Below are positions 1 to 7,988 of a stretch of DNA of 32,000 bases, piece by piece. Location: NCBI RefSeq assembly GCF_003010495.1, contig NZ_CP027570.1, forward strand, positions 1,800,001 to 1,832,000, written 5' to 3'. Under the pieces are notes generated by a model. That model was given only the letters and a program-made list of their open reading frames with translations. It searched no databases and had not been told where the DNA came from. Position 1 is the stretch's first letter. Every line of letters begins with the position of its first letter. The stretch is from Megasphaera elsdenii DSM 20460. GTDB lineage: Bacteria; Bacillota; Negativicutes; Veillonellales; Megasphaeraceae. A program made the position numbers and the translations under genes.

Positions 1-192
1 GCGAAAGACTATCGTTTTACCAACTGGCGCGATATCAAGATGCGCTATCGCATCTGGCCGGCCAGCCCGGCCCTGAAGGCCGAATTGAGCCGCTATGGAG
101 CCGTGCCCGCAGACGATGCCTATGTATTGGCAGAAAAGAAGAAAGACCGGGCCGATTGGTGCCTTATCCCGGTCAAAGGAGAATCATTGTGA
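1..192 (+). CDS. 3' end of an unidentified upstream CDS (partial)
   Basis: Frame +1 is open from base 1 to TGA at 190-192 (...DYRFTNWRDIKMRYRIWPASPALKAELSRYGAVPADDAYVLAEKKKDRADWCLIPVKGESL*). The stop overlaps the GTG start of the next gene (GTGA at 189-192). Only 63 codons are visible and none carries a diagnostic motif. Confidence 0.45.
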   Translation, partial: AKDYRFTNWRDIKMRYRIWPASPALKAELSRYGAVPADDAYVLAEKKKDRADWCLIPVKGESL

Positions 193-1139
193 ACGAACGC
201 TATCGCGTCTATTCGACGTATTTAAAAGAGACTTATGGCGAAAAAGTCTATAAACTGCCTATCAGCATCCCCGATACCTGTCCCAACCGCGACGGGACCC
301 TGGGCGTCCGGGGCTGTGCCTTCTGCGGCTCTATCGGCGCCGGGTATGAAAACCTGCCGGCGACGGTGACCATTGGCCAGCAGATTGAACAGAACATGGC
401 CCACATCAAGCCGAAATACAAGGCCAACAAGTTCATCGCTTATTTCCAGAATTTCACCAACACCTATTTGCCGCCGGACCGTTTCCGGGATTACCTCGTC
501 GCCGCCTGCCAGCCCGATATCGTCGCCTTGGCCGTAGCGACCCGGCCGGACTGCCTCAATAGGACCTATCTGGATATCATGGCCGATATCAAAGAAAAGT
601 ACGGCGTCGATATCCTCGTCGAGCTGGGCTTGCAGACCGTAAACTATAAGACCTTGGTCAAAATCAACCGCGGTCATACTGTCGCGGAATACATCGATGC
701 CATGATCATGCTCCGGGCCTATCCCTTCCGGACCTGTACGCACGTTATCCTCGACCTGCCATGGGACACGATGGAAGATACCATCGAAACGGCCAAAATC
801 ATCGCTGCCCTCGGTTCCGACGAAGTCAAACTCCACGCCCTGTACATCATCAAGCACACGGCCATGGCCGAATGGTACGCCCAAGGGGATATCAAGCTCT
901 GGACCTGCGAAGAATATGTCCGCCGCGTCGTGGCCTTCCTCGAATACAGCCGGCCCGATACGGTCTTCCAGCGCCTCATCGGCCGGGCGCCGAAAGAAGC
1001 GACGGATTTCGCCAACTGGGGCATGGGCTGGTGGCGCATCCGCGACATGATCGACGAAGAACTGGAAAGACGGGACACCCGGCAGGGAGCCCGCTGTGAC
1101 TACCTGCACGGCAAAGCCGTCCGTAAATTCATGACATAA
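189..1139 (+). CDS. TIGR01212-family radical SAM protein (YtqA/YhcC-like)
   Basis: The ORF-track protein contains CPNRDGTLGVRGCAFCGS (C-x11-C-x2-C), typical of this radical-SAM subfamily. I prefer GTG 189 over the track start at 156 because AAAGGAGA (175-182) lies 6 nt upstream and the start is coupled to the upstream stop. Confidence 0.8.
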   Translation: MNERYRVYSTYLKETYGEKVYKLPISIPDTCPNRDGTLGVRGCAFCGSIGAGYENLPATVTIGQQIEQNMAHIKPKYKANKFIAYFQNFTNTYLPPDRFRDYLVAACQPDIVALAVATRPDCLNRTYLDIMADIKEKYGVDILVELGLQTVNYKTLVKINRGHTVAEYIDAMIMLRAYPFRTCTHVILDLPWDTMEDTIETAKIIAALGSDEVKLHALYIIKHTAMAEWYAQGDIKLWTCEEYVRRVVAFLEYSRPDTVFQRLIGRAPKEATDFANWGMGWWRIRDMIDEELERRDTRQGARCDYLHGKAVRKFMT

Positions 1140-1153
1140 AGGAGCATCTCATT

Positions 1154-2116
1154 TTGGTAGAAAAGAAACTGCAATTTTCCGATTTGCGTGAAGCCCGGGC
1201 CGTCCTGGGCATGAAAGATGAATTTCTCAAGACGATGCAGCGCGAATTTCCGGACTGCCGTATTGCCGTCCGCGGTGATACGGCCATGATTGTCGGCAGC
1301 GAACAGGATGTGGCCTGCGTGACCGAAGTCTTCCGCGTCCTGCGCTACTTATTCCGGGAAAATACGTACTTGACGACGCAGCACGTCCGCTATTCGGCCA
1401 GACTCATCAAAGAAGGGCAGTCAGAGGCCCTGCACAACCTTTATGAAGACACTGTCGGCATTTCTGCCCGGGGCCGTCTCATCAAACCCAAGACGCTGGG
1501 CCAGAAGCGCTACGTCGATTCCATCCGCAAGAACCTGGTCACTTTCGGCATCGGGCCGGCCGGGACGGGCAAGACCTATCTGGCCGTGACCCTGGCGGCT
1601 TTTTACTTGAAGAACCGCGAAGTTGAACGGATCATCCTCACCCGGCCGGCTGTCGAGGCCGGGGAAAAGCTGGGCTTCCTGCCCGGGGACTTACAGGAAA
1701 AGATCGATCCCTACCTGCGCCCCTTGTACGATGCCCTGGCCGATATGTTCGGCTACGACCAGTTCCAGAAGATGATCGACCGCAACATCATCGAAGTCGC
1801 GCCGCTCGCTTACATGCGCGGCCGGACTCTGGAAGAGTCGTTCATCATCCTCGATGAAGCCCAGAACACGACGCGGGAACAGATGAAGATGTTCCTCACC
1901 CGTATGGGCAACCACTCGCGGGTTGTCGTCAACGGCGACGCCACGCAGATCGACCTCGTCGACCGGCGCATGTCGGGTCTGACCGAAGCCGAAAAGATAC
2001 TCAAAGACGTCCGCGGTGTCGGCATGGTCTATTTCAGCGATGAAGACGTCGTCCGTCACGATATGGTAGGCCGCATCATCCGGGCTTACGAAACTTATTA
2101 TAAACAAGACCACTGA
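1154..2116 (+). CDS. phoH: PhoH-family ATPase (YbeZ-like)
   Basis: Walker A motif GPAGTGKTYLAV and Walker B motif IILDEAQN. It has the conserved position upstream of ybeY. TTG start lies 9 nt after AAGGAG (1139-1144). Confidence 0.9.
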   Translation: MVEKKLQFSDLREARAVLGMKDEFLKTMQREFPDCRIAVRGDTAMIVGSEQDVACVTEVFRVLRYLFRENTYLTTQHVRYSARLIKEGQSEALHNLYEDTVGISARGRLIKPKTLGQKRYVDSIRKNLVTFGIGPAGTGKTYLAVTLAAFYLKNREVERIILTRPAVEAGEKLGFLPGDLQEKIDPYLRPLYDALADMFGYDQFQKMIDRNIIEVAPLAYMRGRTLEESFIILDEAQNTTREQMKMFLTRMGNHSRVVVNGDATQIDLVDRRMSGLTEAEKILKDVRGVGMVYFSDEDVVRHDMVGRIIRAYETYYKQDH

Positions 2117-2130
2117 TTGGGGGGATATCC

Positions 2131-2604
2131 ATGAATATCAACATCAATTACGAAGATCCGTCGTTCCAGCATGATGAATATGAAAAAGTCATCGACCGCG
2201 TCTGTGAAGAAGCAGCTTTGGTCTACGGCCTGGGGCCCAATGCGGAAATCAGCATCCTCTTGTGCCACAATGATTACATCCATCAGCTGAACAAGCAGTA
2301 CCGCAATATCGACCGGCCGACGGACGTCCTGTCCTTTGCCCTCAATGAAGGCGAAGACGACGGGTATGACGGCCCGGACACGGCCCTCTTGGGGGACATC
2401 ATCATTTCTCTGGAAAAAGTCCAGGAACAGGCCGATGAATACGGCCACTCCTTTGAACGGGAACTGGCCTACCTGACCATCCACGGCATGCTGCACATCC
2501 TCGGCTATGACCACATGGAACCGGACGATAAAGCCGAAATGCGTAAAGAAGAAGAATTTATTTTACAGCGCCTGGGCTACGTCCGCGAAGGCGAAGAATT
2601 ATAA
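2131..2604 (+). CDS. ybeY: rRNA maturation endoribonuclease YbeY
   Basis: Zinc motif HGMLHILGYDH (H-x3-H-x5-H), ~157 aa, in the phoH-ybeY-era synteny. Confidence 0.93.
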   Translation: MNININYEDPSFQHDEYEKVIDRVCEEAALVYGLGPNAEISILLCHNDYIHQLNKQYRNIDRPTDVLSFALNEGEDDGYDGPDTALLGDIIISLEKVQEQADEYGHSFERELAYLTIHGMLHILGYDHMEPDDKAEMRKEEEFILQRLGYVREGEEL

Positions 2605-2622
2605 GGAGGAGTCACTATATCT

Positions 2623-3516
2623 ATGGAATCATTTAAATCGGGGTTCGTCGCCGTCGTCGGCCGCCCGAATGTCGGCAAGTCGACGCTCATCAACCATATC
2701 ATCAAACACAAAGTCTCGATTGTCTCCGATAAGGCCCAGACGACGCGCAACCGCATCCTCTGCATCCATACGGACGACGAATGTCAGATCGTCTTCCTCG
2801 ATACGCCGGGCATCCACAAGCCGAAGCACAAGTTAGGGGAATTTATGGATGAAGCGGCTTACCAGTCCCTGCGCGACATCGATGCCGTCTTGTTCCTCAT
2901 TTCCGGCAATGAAAAGAAAGGCCCTGGCGACCTCTTCGTCCTGGAAAAATTGAAAGACGTCGGCGTTCCGGTCTTTTTGATCATCAATAAAATCGACGTC
3001 ATGAGCAAGGAAGAAATCTTGAAAAAGATTACGGAATATGCCGAACTCTATCCCTTTGCCCAGGTCATCCCCATTTCGGCGCTGAAAGGGGACAATGTCG
3101 ATGCCGTCGTCGACGAATTGCGCAAGATCCTGCCGGAAGGGCCGAAGTATTTCCCGGACGACATGATTACGGACCAGCCGGAACGGCTCTTAGTCGCTGA
3201 AATCGTCCGGGAAAAGCTCTTCCGCTGCACCCGCGATGAAGTACCCCACGCCATCGCCGCCTATGTCGAAGAAATGACCCAGCGCGGCAAGAACAAGGTC
3301 TATATCCGGGTCACGGTCTACGTCGAACGGGACTCGCAGAAACGCATTGTCATCGGCAAGAATGGCGCCGTCCTCAAAGAAGTGGGCAACCTGGCCCGCC
3401 AGGAAATCGAAAACCTCCTGGGGTCGTCGGTCTACCTCGACATCTGGGTCAAGGTCAAACGGGACTGGCGCAACAAGTCGGGCGCCCTCAGTGAATTGGG
3501 CTACAAGAACGAGTAG
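2623..3516 (+). CDS. era: GTPase Era
   Basis: G1 GRPNVGKST, G3 DTPG, G4 NKID and a C-terminal KH-like region (VYVERDSQKRIVIGKNG). AGGAGG lies upstream. Confidence 0.95.
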   Translation: MESFKSGFVAVVGRPNVGKSTLINHIIKHKVSIVSDKAQTTRNRILCIHTDDECQIVFLDTPGIHKPKHKLGEFMDEAAYQSLRDIDAVLFLISGNEKKGPGDLFVLEKLKDVGVPVFLIINKIDVMSKEEILKKITEYAELYPFAQVIPISALKGDNVDAVVDELRKILPEGPKYFPDDMITDQPERLLVAEIVREKLFRCTRDEVPHAIAAYVEEMTQRGKNKVYIRVTVYVERDSQKRIVIGKNGAVLKEVGNLARQEIENLLGSSVYLDIWVKVKRDWRNKSGALSELGYKNE

Positions 3517-3527
3517 GGGGCAGTACG

Positions 3528-4877
3528 ATGGAAGTACAATCAATCGTCCAATGTCTCCTCGTCTTCCTCATCTGCCTGGCCGTCAGCGCCATCTGCGTTA
3601 CGGGCAAGTTCGCCTTTGCCCAATTGCGCCGGGAATATCTGGAAGAACTCGTCCGCGATGGCGATACGTCGCTGAAGCCGCTCTTGTCCCTCTATGACAA
3701 GCCCATCGTCTTTCTCGGGACGGCCCAGCTCGGCATGGCCTTGTCCGGTCTCATCGCCGGGGCTGCCGGCTTTTGCGGCCTCTATGGTCTGTACGGCCTC
3801 CTGGCGCCTTACATCGGCCACACGTGGCTCATCTGGCTCATCGAAATCTGTGCCGGCATCGTCCTCTGTTTCATCCTCTGGGTATTTGGCGAACTCATCC
3901 CCAAGTCCATCGGCCTCCAGCGCCCGGAAAAGAGCCTCAAGGCCCTGCGCCGTTTCATCCAGCCCTGGAGCCGCCCGCTCATGCCGTTCATCCTCTTCGG
4001 CAACTGGCTGGGCCGGGCCATCCTGGCCGGCCGCGGCCTCGATGTGACCAATGAAATCGACATGGCCCATTCTGAAGACGAAATCCGCATGCTGGTCACG
4101 GCCAGCCATAAAGAAGGCAAGATTGATCAGGTCGAAAGCGAACTCATCGGCAACGTCTTCGATTTCGCCGACCGCCTGGCCAAGGAAATCATGGTGCCCC
4201 GTCAGGACATCGTCTGCCTCTATACGGAAGATACGATGAGTCAGCATATGCAGACCATCCGCCAGTCGCGCCATACGCGCTATCCTCTCTGCGAAGACGA
4301 CAAGGACCACGTCCTGGGCCTGGTCCATATCAAGGATATCATGGACCTCTACATCCATAAGCGCAGCAATTTGAATCTCATCAAGCGGCCCATCCTCATG
4401 GTGCCGGAAATCATGCCGGCGTCGAAACTCCTGCAGCTCATGCGGACGCGCCGGACCTACCTGGCCATGGTCGTCGATGAATACGGCAGCACCGTCGGCC
4501 TCATCGGCCTGGAAGATATCCTGGAAGAACTGGTCGGCACGATCCAGAACGAACACACCCAGGAAAAAGAAGAAATCCAGCCCCTGCCGGACGGTGCCTA
4601 TGAATTTGCCGGCACGGTCTTATTGGAAGACGTAGAAGAATTGCTGCACATCCCCGTCGAAGACGACGTCGATACGGATACCATCGGCGGCTATGTCTTC
4701 AATGCCTTGGGCCATACGCCGAAAGTTCACGATGAAGTCACTATCGGGATGTACCGCTTTACGGTCCTGGAAATGCAGCGGTTCCGCATTGTCCGTCTGA
4801 AAGCGGAACCCCTTCCGGAAAGGGAAGGGGCGGGAAACGGAGAGGAAGGAGACGCCGAGGCGGACCATGAGGCGTAG
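3528..4877 (+). CDS. CNNM/DUF21-CBS-CorC_HlyC family membrane protein (hemolysin-family / putative divalent-cation efflux)
   Basis: N-terminal multi-TM DUF21-like region, a central CBS pair (VPRQDIVCL..., GLVHIKDI, VVDEYGSTVGLIGLEDILEELVG) and a C-terminal CorC/HlyC-like domain. Confidence 0.85.
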   Translation: MEVQSIVQCLLVFLICLAVSAICVTGKFAFAQLRREYLEELVRDGDTSLKPLLSLYDKPIVFLGTAQLGMALSGLIAGAAGFCGLYGLYGLLAPYIGHTWLIWLIEICAGIVLCFILWVFGELIPKSIGLQRPEKSLKALRRFIQPWSRPLMPFILFGNWLGRAILAGRGLDVTNEIDMAHSEDEIRMLVTASHKEGKIDQVESELIGNVFDFADRLAKEIMVPRQDIVCLYTEDTMSQHMQTIRQSRHTRYPLCEDDKDHVLGLVHIKDIMDLYIHKRSNLNLIKRPILMVPEIMPASKLLQLMRTRRTYLAMVVDEYGSTVGLIGLEDILEELVGTIQNEHTQEKEEIQPLPDGAYEFAGTVLLEDVEELLHIPVEDDVDTDTIGGYVFNALGHTPKVHDEVTIGMYRFTVLEMQRFRIVRLKAEPLPEREGAGNGEEGDAEADHEA

Positions 4878-5610
4878 CGGGTATTACGGCCGCAAGCCGT
4901 CGCGGTCCTATGAAGGCATCATCCTGACCGTCCGCAAGACCAGTGCCAAGCAGCTCGTCGTCACCGTCCTGACCCGGCAGGCCGGCATCCTCCATGTCCT
5001 GGCCCGCCGCAGTACCCAGGGCAAGATGGGTTATGGGACGCTGGCTCCGCTGGCGGAGATGACCTTCGACGTCTTTGAAAAGGATGGCGTCTACACCTTG
5101 ACGGAATACGACTGCCGCAGCAACAAGCGCCTTCGCCAGCTGACCTGGGACGGCTATGTCTATTCGCAGATCTTCGTCGAAATAGTCCTCTTCATGGCCG
5201 GCGGCGAAGCCGACGAAGTCCTGTATAACCTGGTCCGCCTCTACGGCCGGGCCATTGAACTCAAGGACGTCCGCATCGTCACCCTCATCGCCGGCTGGCA
5301 GCTCATGGCCTTGACCGGCTTCCTGCCGGACATCGACACGGCCCGCGTCTTCTATCAGGGCCAGGGCTATTGCCAGCAGCCCGTCTATTACATCGACGAC
5401 GAAATGCCGGAAAACATGAAAGAACTGCCACTGACGCCGACTGTCCGCCAGACCTGGAAGACCCTGGTCCATTATCCCTGGGGAACCGAAAAAACAGTGA
5501 ACCTGCGCGGATCGGACTTGAAATTCCTGGAAGCCCTGCTCTACAACTACGTAAACCAATGCAGCGAACGCCAGATGAAGACACCGGAATTATTAGTGGC
5601 TCGTGGCTAG
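4867..5610 (+). CDS. recO: DNA repair protein RecO
   Basis: Size and position directly after era match the Firmicute era-recO arrangement. N-terminal OB-fold-like pattern (YEGIILTVRK...). The start overlaps the upstream gene by 11 nt. The last five codons lie inside a heptamer repeat array. Confidence 0.8.
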   Translation: MRRSGYYGRKPSRSYEGIILTVRKTSAKQLVVTVLTRQAGILHVLARRSTQGKMGYGTLAPLAEMTFDVFEKDGVYTLTEYDCRSNKRLRQLTWDGYVYSQIFVEIVLFMAGGEADEVLYNLVRLYGRAIELKDVRIVTLIAGWQLMALTGFLPDIDTARVFYQGQGYCQQPVYYIDDEMPENMKELPLTPTVRQTWKTLVHYPWGTEKTVNLRGSDLKFLEALLYNYVNQCSERQMKTPELLVARG

Positions 5611-5802
5611 CGGTTCGTGGTTCGTGGCTAGTGGTTCGTAGGATCGGCCCGCCTGGCTCTCCTGATAGGAGAGCTGTCAGCGAAGCTGACTGAGAGGTTG
5701 CTCTTTCAACATAGTTTGTAGCACGGAGTTTGTAGAAGAGGACCCTAAATTTAAAGCCATCCGCTAACCACTAGCAACTAACAACTAACAACTAACAACT
5801 AA
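5596..5802. repeat. Mosaic intergenic repeat cluster R1
   Basis: Contains a heptamer array GTGGCTN x~6.5 (5596-5642) and a double-hairpin module (CTCTCC-tgata-GGAGAG 5657-5673, GTCAGC-gaa-GCTGAC 5676-5690, then TGAGAGGTTG). Also TAGTTTGTAGCACGGAGTTTGTAGAAGAG (5711-5740, recurs at 17734-17763) and the inverse-type heptamer array (CAACTAA)n at 5761-5802. Confidence 0.9.
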
Positions 5803-5836
5803 AAAGAGGTTGTCGCACATGCGGCAGCCTCTTTTT
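5801..5836. terminator. Bidirectional rho-independent terminator (conserved TGTCGCA...TGCGGCA hairpin family)
   Basis: AAAAA-GAGGTTGTCGC-acat-GCGGCAGCCTC-TTTTT. A-tract and T-tract flank the stem. It sits between convergent recO (+) and the RAYT-like gene (-). Confidence 0.8.
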
Positions 5837-5843
5837 GCTCCCT

Positions 5844-6326
5844 TCACCGTTTATGCAGCGGGTCGTATTTCCAGTGATGGGCATATTCTTTTAAACTTTC
5901 AGCGACGGCGTATTGAGCCGCATCTGTATAGACCATCTGAGCCTCTACCGGCTCTTCCCAGATGGGAGACGGCCATTCGCGGGGCGGCTCGATGTAGTAG
6001 AGCAGAAATTCTTTGACCTTTTCGATGAACCATTCTGGCAGGCGGGGATGGAATTTCTTATAAAAGATGAATAAGTGGATGTGGTTGGGCATGACCGTAA
6101 ATTCTTTGATGATGGCAATCTGGTTGTTCCGCTGCATGGCTTTGAGGGCCCGCGTCGCAGCCATGCCCCAGTCCGTCGGCTGCCAGACATGCTGTCCCTG
6201 ATGGCGCCGGACTTTCCCTAAAGTCTCTTCCTTTTGGTACGTACAGAGCGTGATGAGCTGGTACCGGGGAACGGTGGAGAATGGTTCCAGCCATGAGGGG
6301 ATAGAAAAAAACGGTCTGTGATACAT
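5844..6326 (-). CDS. HUH (Y1) transposase-fold protein, resembles REP-associated tyrosine transposase (RAYT / IS200-like)
   Basis: HUH motif in FTVMPNHIHLFIF, preceded by YQLITLCTYQKEETLG, which resembles the RAYT N-terminal beta-strand motif (YF.T.CT..R...FG). The C-terminal region IWEEP...AAQYAVAE...HHWKYD carries candidate catalytic Tyr residues. I trim the track ORF (6395) to ATG 6326, which has GGAGGTG 7 nt upstream. There are no IS200-type flanking hairpin ends and no tnpB. Confidence 0.55.
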   Translation of the reverse strand: MYHRPFFSIPSWLEPFSTVPRYQLITLCTYQKEETLGKVRRHQGQHVWQPTDWGMAATRALKAMQRNNQIAIIKEFTVMPNHIHLFIFYKKFHPRLPEWFIEKVKEFLLYYIEPPREWPSPIWEEPVEAQMVYTDAAQYAVAESLKEYAHHWKYDPLHKR

Positions 6327-6448
6327 GGGACTGCACCTCCAAGATAACAAAACCTTTAAAACAAGCTGTGTCGTTGCTTCGATTGTACCGGACAATTATG
6401 AGAGGAATATTAAAAAAAGGGAGAACTTCATTAAAAAAAGATTAGAAC

Positions 6449-6476
6449 TTGTTTTTGCTGGACAGCGTGGTATAAT
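6449..6476 (+). promoter_or_regulatory. Candidate sigma70-type promoter with extended -10 for the MATE gene
   Basis: TTGTTT (6449-6454), a 16-nt spacer ending in TGg, then TATAAT (6471-6476). It lies ~45 nt upstream of ATG 6522. Confidence 0.45.
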
Positions 6477-6521
6477 AAAAATATTTTCACTTCGTGCACG
6501 TTGTGCAGAAAGGACGATTCT

Positions 6522-7877
6522 ATGGTTCGCAGTATGACTTCGGGCAATCCCATCCGCCTCATCCTGGCTTTTACCGTGCCCCTTTTGATAGGAAACGTTT
6601 TCCAGCAATTCTATAATATCGCCGACATCATCATCGTCGGCCGGACCATCGGTGTCAATGCCCTGGCTGCTGTCGGTGCCGTCGCGCCGGTCTTCATGGC
6701 CGTCTTTGGTCTGACCATCGGCTTGTCGTCCGGTTTTTCCGTCATCACAGGCCAGCGCTTCGGCGCTGAAGATATGGACGGCGTGCGCCGGTCTGTGACG
6801 ACGTCAGCCATGCTGGCCCTGGCTTTGACGCTTCTGCTGACCCTTGGCGTCAGCCTGGCCATGCCGCTCATCATGCGGCTTATGAACATATCTGATGTTT
6901 TATACGACGATGCCTATCATTATATGCTCATCGTCGTCCTCGGCCTGGTGGCCATGATGAGTTATAATCTCCTGTCCTGTATCTGCCGGGCCCTCGGCGA
7001 CAGCCGGACTCCACTCTATTTCCTCATCGTGTCGTCCCTCTTGAACATCGCCCTGGCCTTGCTGTTCATCGTCGTCTTTGGCTGGGGCGTTCCCGGTTCG
7101 GCCATCGCCCTGGTCATCGCTCAGGCCGTTTCGGCCATACTCTGTCTGTGTTTCATGCGCCGCCGTTTTCCCATGCTGCGCCTGACCCGGGCCGACTGGG
7201 CCTTCGACTGGCCCTTTGCCTGGCAGCACCTGCGCCTGGGTCTGCCCATGGCCGTCCAGTTCCTCATCATCTCCATGGGCATCCTGGTCCTCCAGTCGGT
7301 CTGCAATACTTTTGGACCCGAAACCATTGCCGGCTTCGTATCGGCGACGAAAATCGAACAGCTGGCCTTGCAGCCCATGATTTCCTTCGGCATCGCCATG
7401 GCCGTCTATTCGGCCCAGAACTACGGCGCCAGCCAGTACGGCCGCATCCGCCAGGGCGTCCGCCAGTGCTCCCTCGTGTCCCTGGCGTTCTGCCTGGTCG
7501 CAGCCGTTGCCATGTACAGCTATGGGCGGGAACTCATCAGCGTCTTCACGACGGACCATGACGAAATCCTCATGGAACAGGCCTTCCTCTATCTGAAGAT
7601 GTCCGTTCCTTTTTATATCTTCCTGGGCCAGATTTTCGTCTACCGCAACGCCTTGCAGGGCATGGGTATTTCCAGCGTACCCCTCATCAGCAGCATCCTG
7701 GAACTGGGCGGCCGCAGCGTTTCGGCCCTGGTCCTGGCCGCCATGTGGGGCTACTTCGGCATCTGCTGTGCCAGTCCCATCTGCTGGGTCATGGCCTGCC
7801 TGTTCACAGGCGGCTCCTACTTCTGGGTCATGCACACCATGAAAGCCAAAGGTGTTGAGAGAAGAGTGGAAGCATAA
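6522..7877 (+). CDS. MATE family efflux transporter
   Basis: 12-TM protein of ~450 aa with a MATE N-terminal signature (PIRLILAFTVPLLIGNVFQQFYNIADIIIVGR). I prefer ATG 6522 (AAAGGA upstream) to the track's TTG 6501. Confidence 0.88.
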   Translation: MVRSMTSGNPIRLILAFTVPLLIGNVFQQFYNIADIIIVGRTIGVNALAAVGAVAPVFMAVFGLTIGLSSGFSVITGQRFGAEDMDGVRRSVTTSAMLALALTLLLTLGVSLAMPLIMRLMNISDVLYDDAYHYMLIVVLGLVAMMSYNLLSCICRALGDSRTPLYFLIVSSLLNIALALLFIVVFGWGVPGSAIALVIAQAVSAILCLCFMRRRFPMLRLTRADWAFDWPFAWQHLRLGLPMAVQFLIISMGILVLQSVCNTFGPETIAGFVSATKIEQLALQPMISFGIAMAVYSAQNYGASQYGRIRQGVRQCSLVSLAFCLVAAVAMYSYGRELISVFTTDHDEILMEQAFLYLKMSVPFYIFLGQIFVYRNALQGMGISSVPLISSILELGGRSVSALVLAAMWGYFGICCASPICWVMACLFTGGSYFWVMHTMKAKGVERRVEA

Positions 7878-7951
7878 AGGTTCTACTAACCCCTAGCCAC
7901 TAACAATTTAAAAACCTTTACTAAAAACTACAAACTGCAAACTTAATACTC
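7878..7951. repeat. Mosaic intergenic repeat cluster R2 (heptamer arrays)
   Basis: CTACTAA-CCCCTAG-CCACTAA-CAA (7883-7906), then TTTAAA, then AACTACA-AACTGCA-AACTTAA-TACTCAAAAAGG. The layout matches 17786-17817. Confidence 0.8.
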
Positions 7952-7988
7952 AAAAAGGGCTTGTCGTCGTGCGACAAGCCCTTTTTTT
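7952..7988. terminator. Bidirectional rho-independent terminator (conserved hairpin family)
   Basis: AAAAA-GGGCTTGTCG-tcgtg-CGACAAGCCC-TTTTTTT. 10-bp perfect stem at 7957-7966 / 7972-7981. It sits between the convergent MATE (+) and reductase (-) genes. Confidence 0.9.

Noticed and set aside
222-1109. Long antisense ORFs opposite well-supported genes. Examples are 222-1109(-), 3540-4556(-), 4759-5559(-), 6900-7835(-), 8028-9569(+), 14873-15622(-), 21034-22026(-), 22364-23557(-) and 24586-25314(+).
   Set aside because: Each lies entirely within a gene whose product carries clear family motifs on the other strand. Their translations are low-complexity (Ala/Gly/Arg/Asp-rich), they have no RBS, and long open shadow frames are expected in GC-rich coding DNA.
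5596-5802. Idea that the facing heptamer arrays (GTGGCTN)n and (CAACTAA)n fold into one long G-U-rich RNA hairpin.
   Set aside because: Base-by-base pairing on either strand fails: A residues in one arm face G/C in the other. The arrays look like related but diverged sequences and not a conserved stem. The 17749-17799 inverted repeat does pair and is retained.
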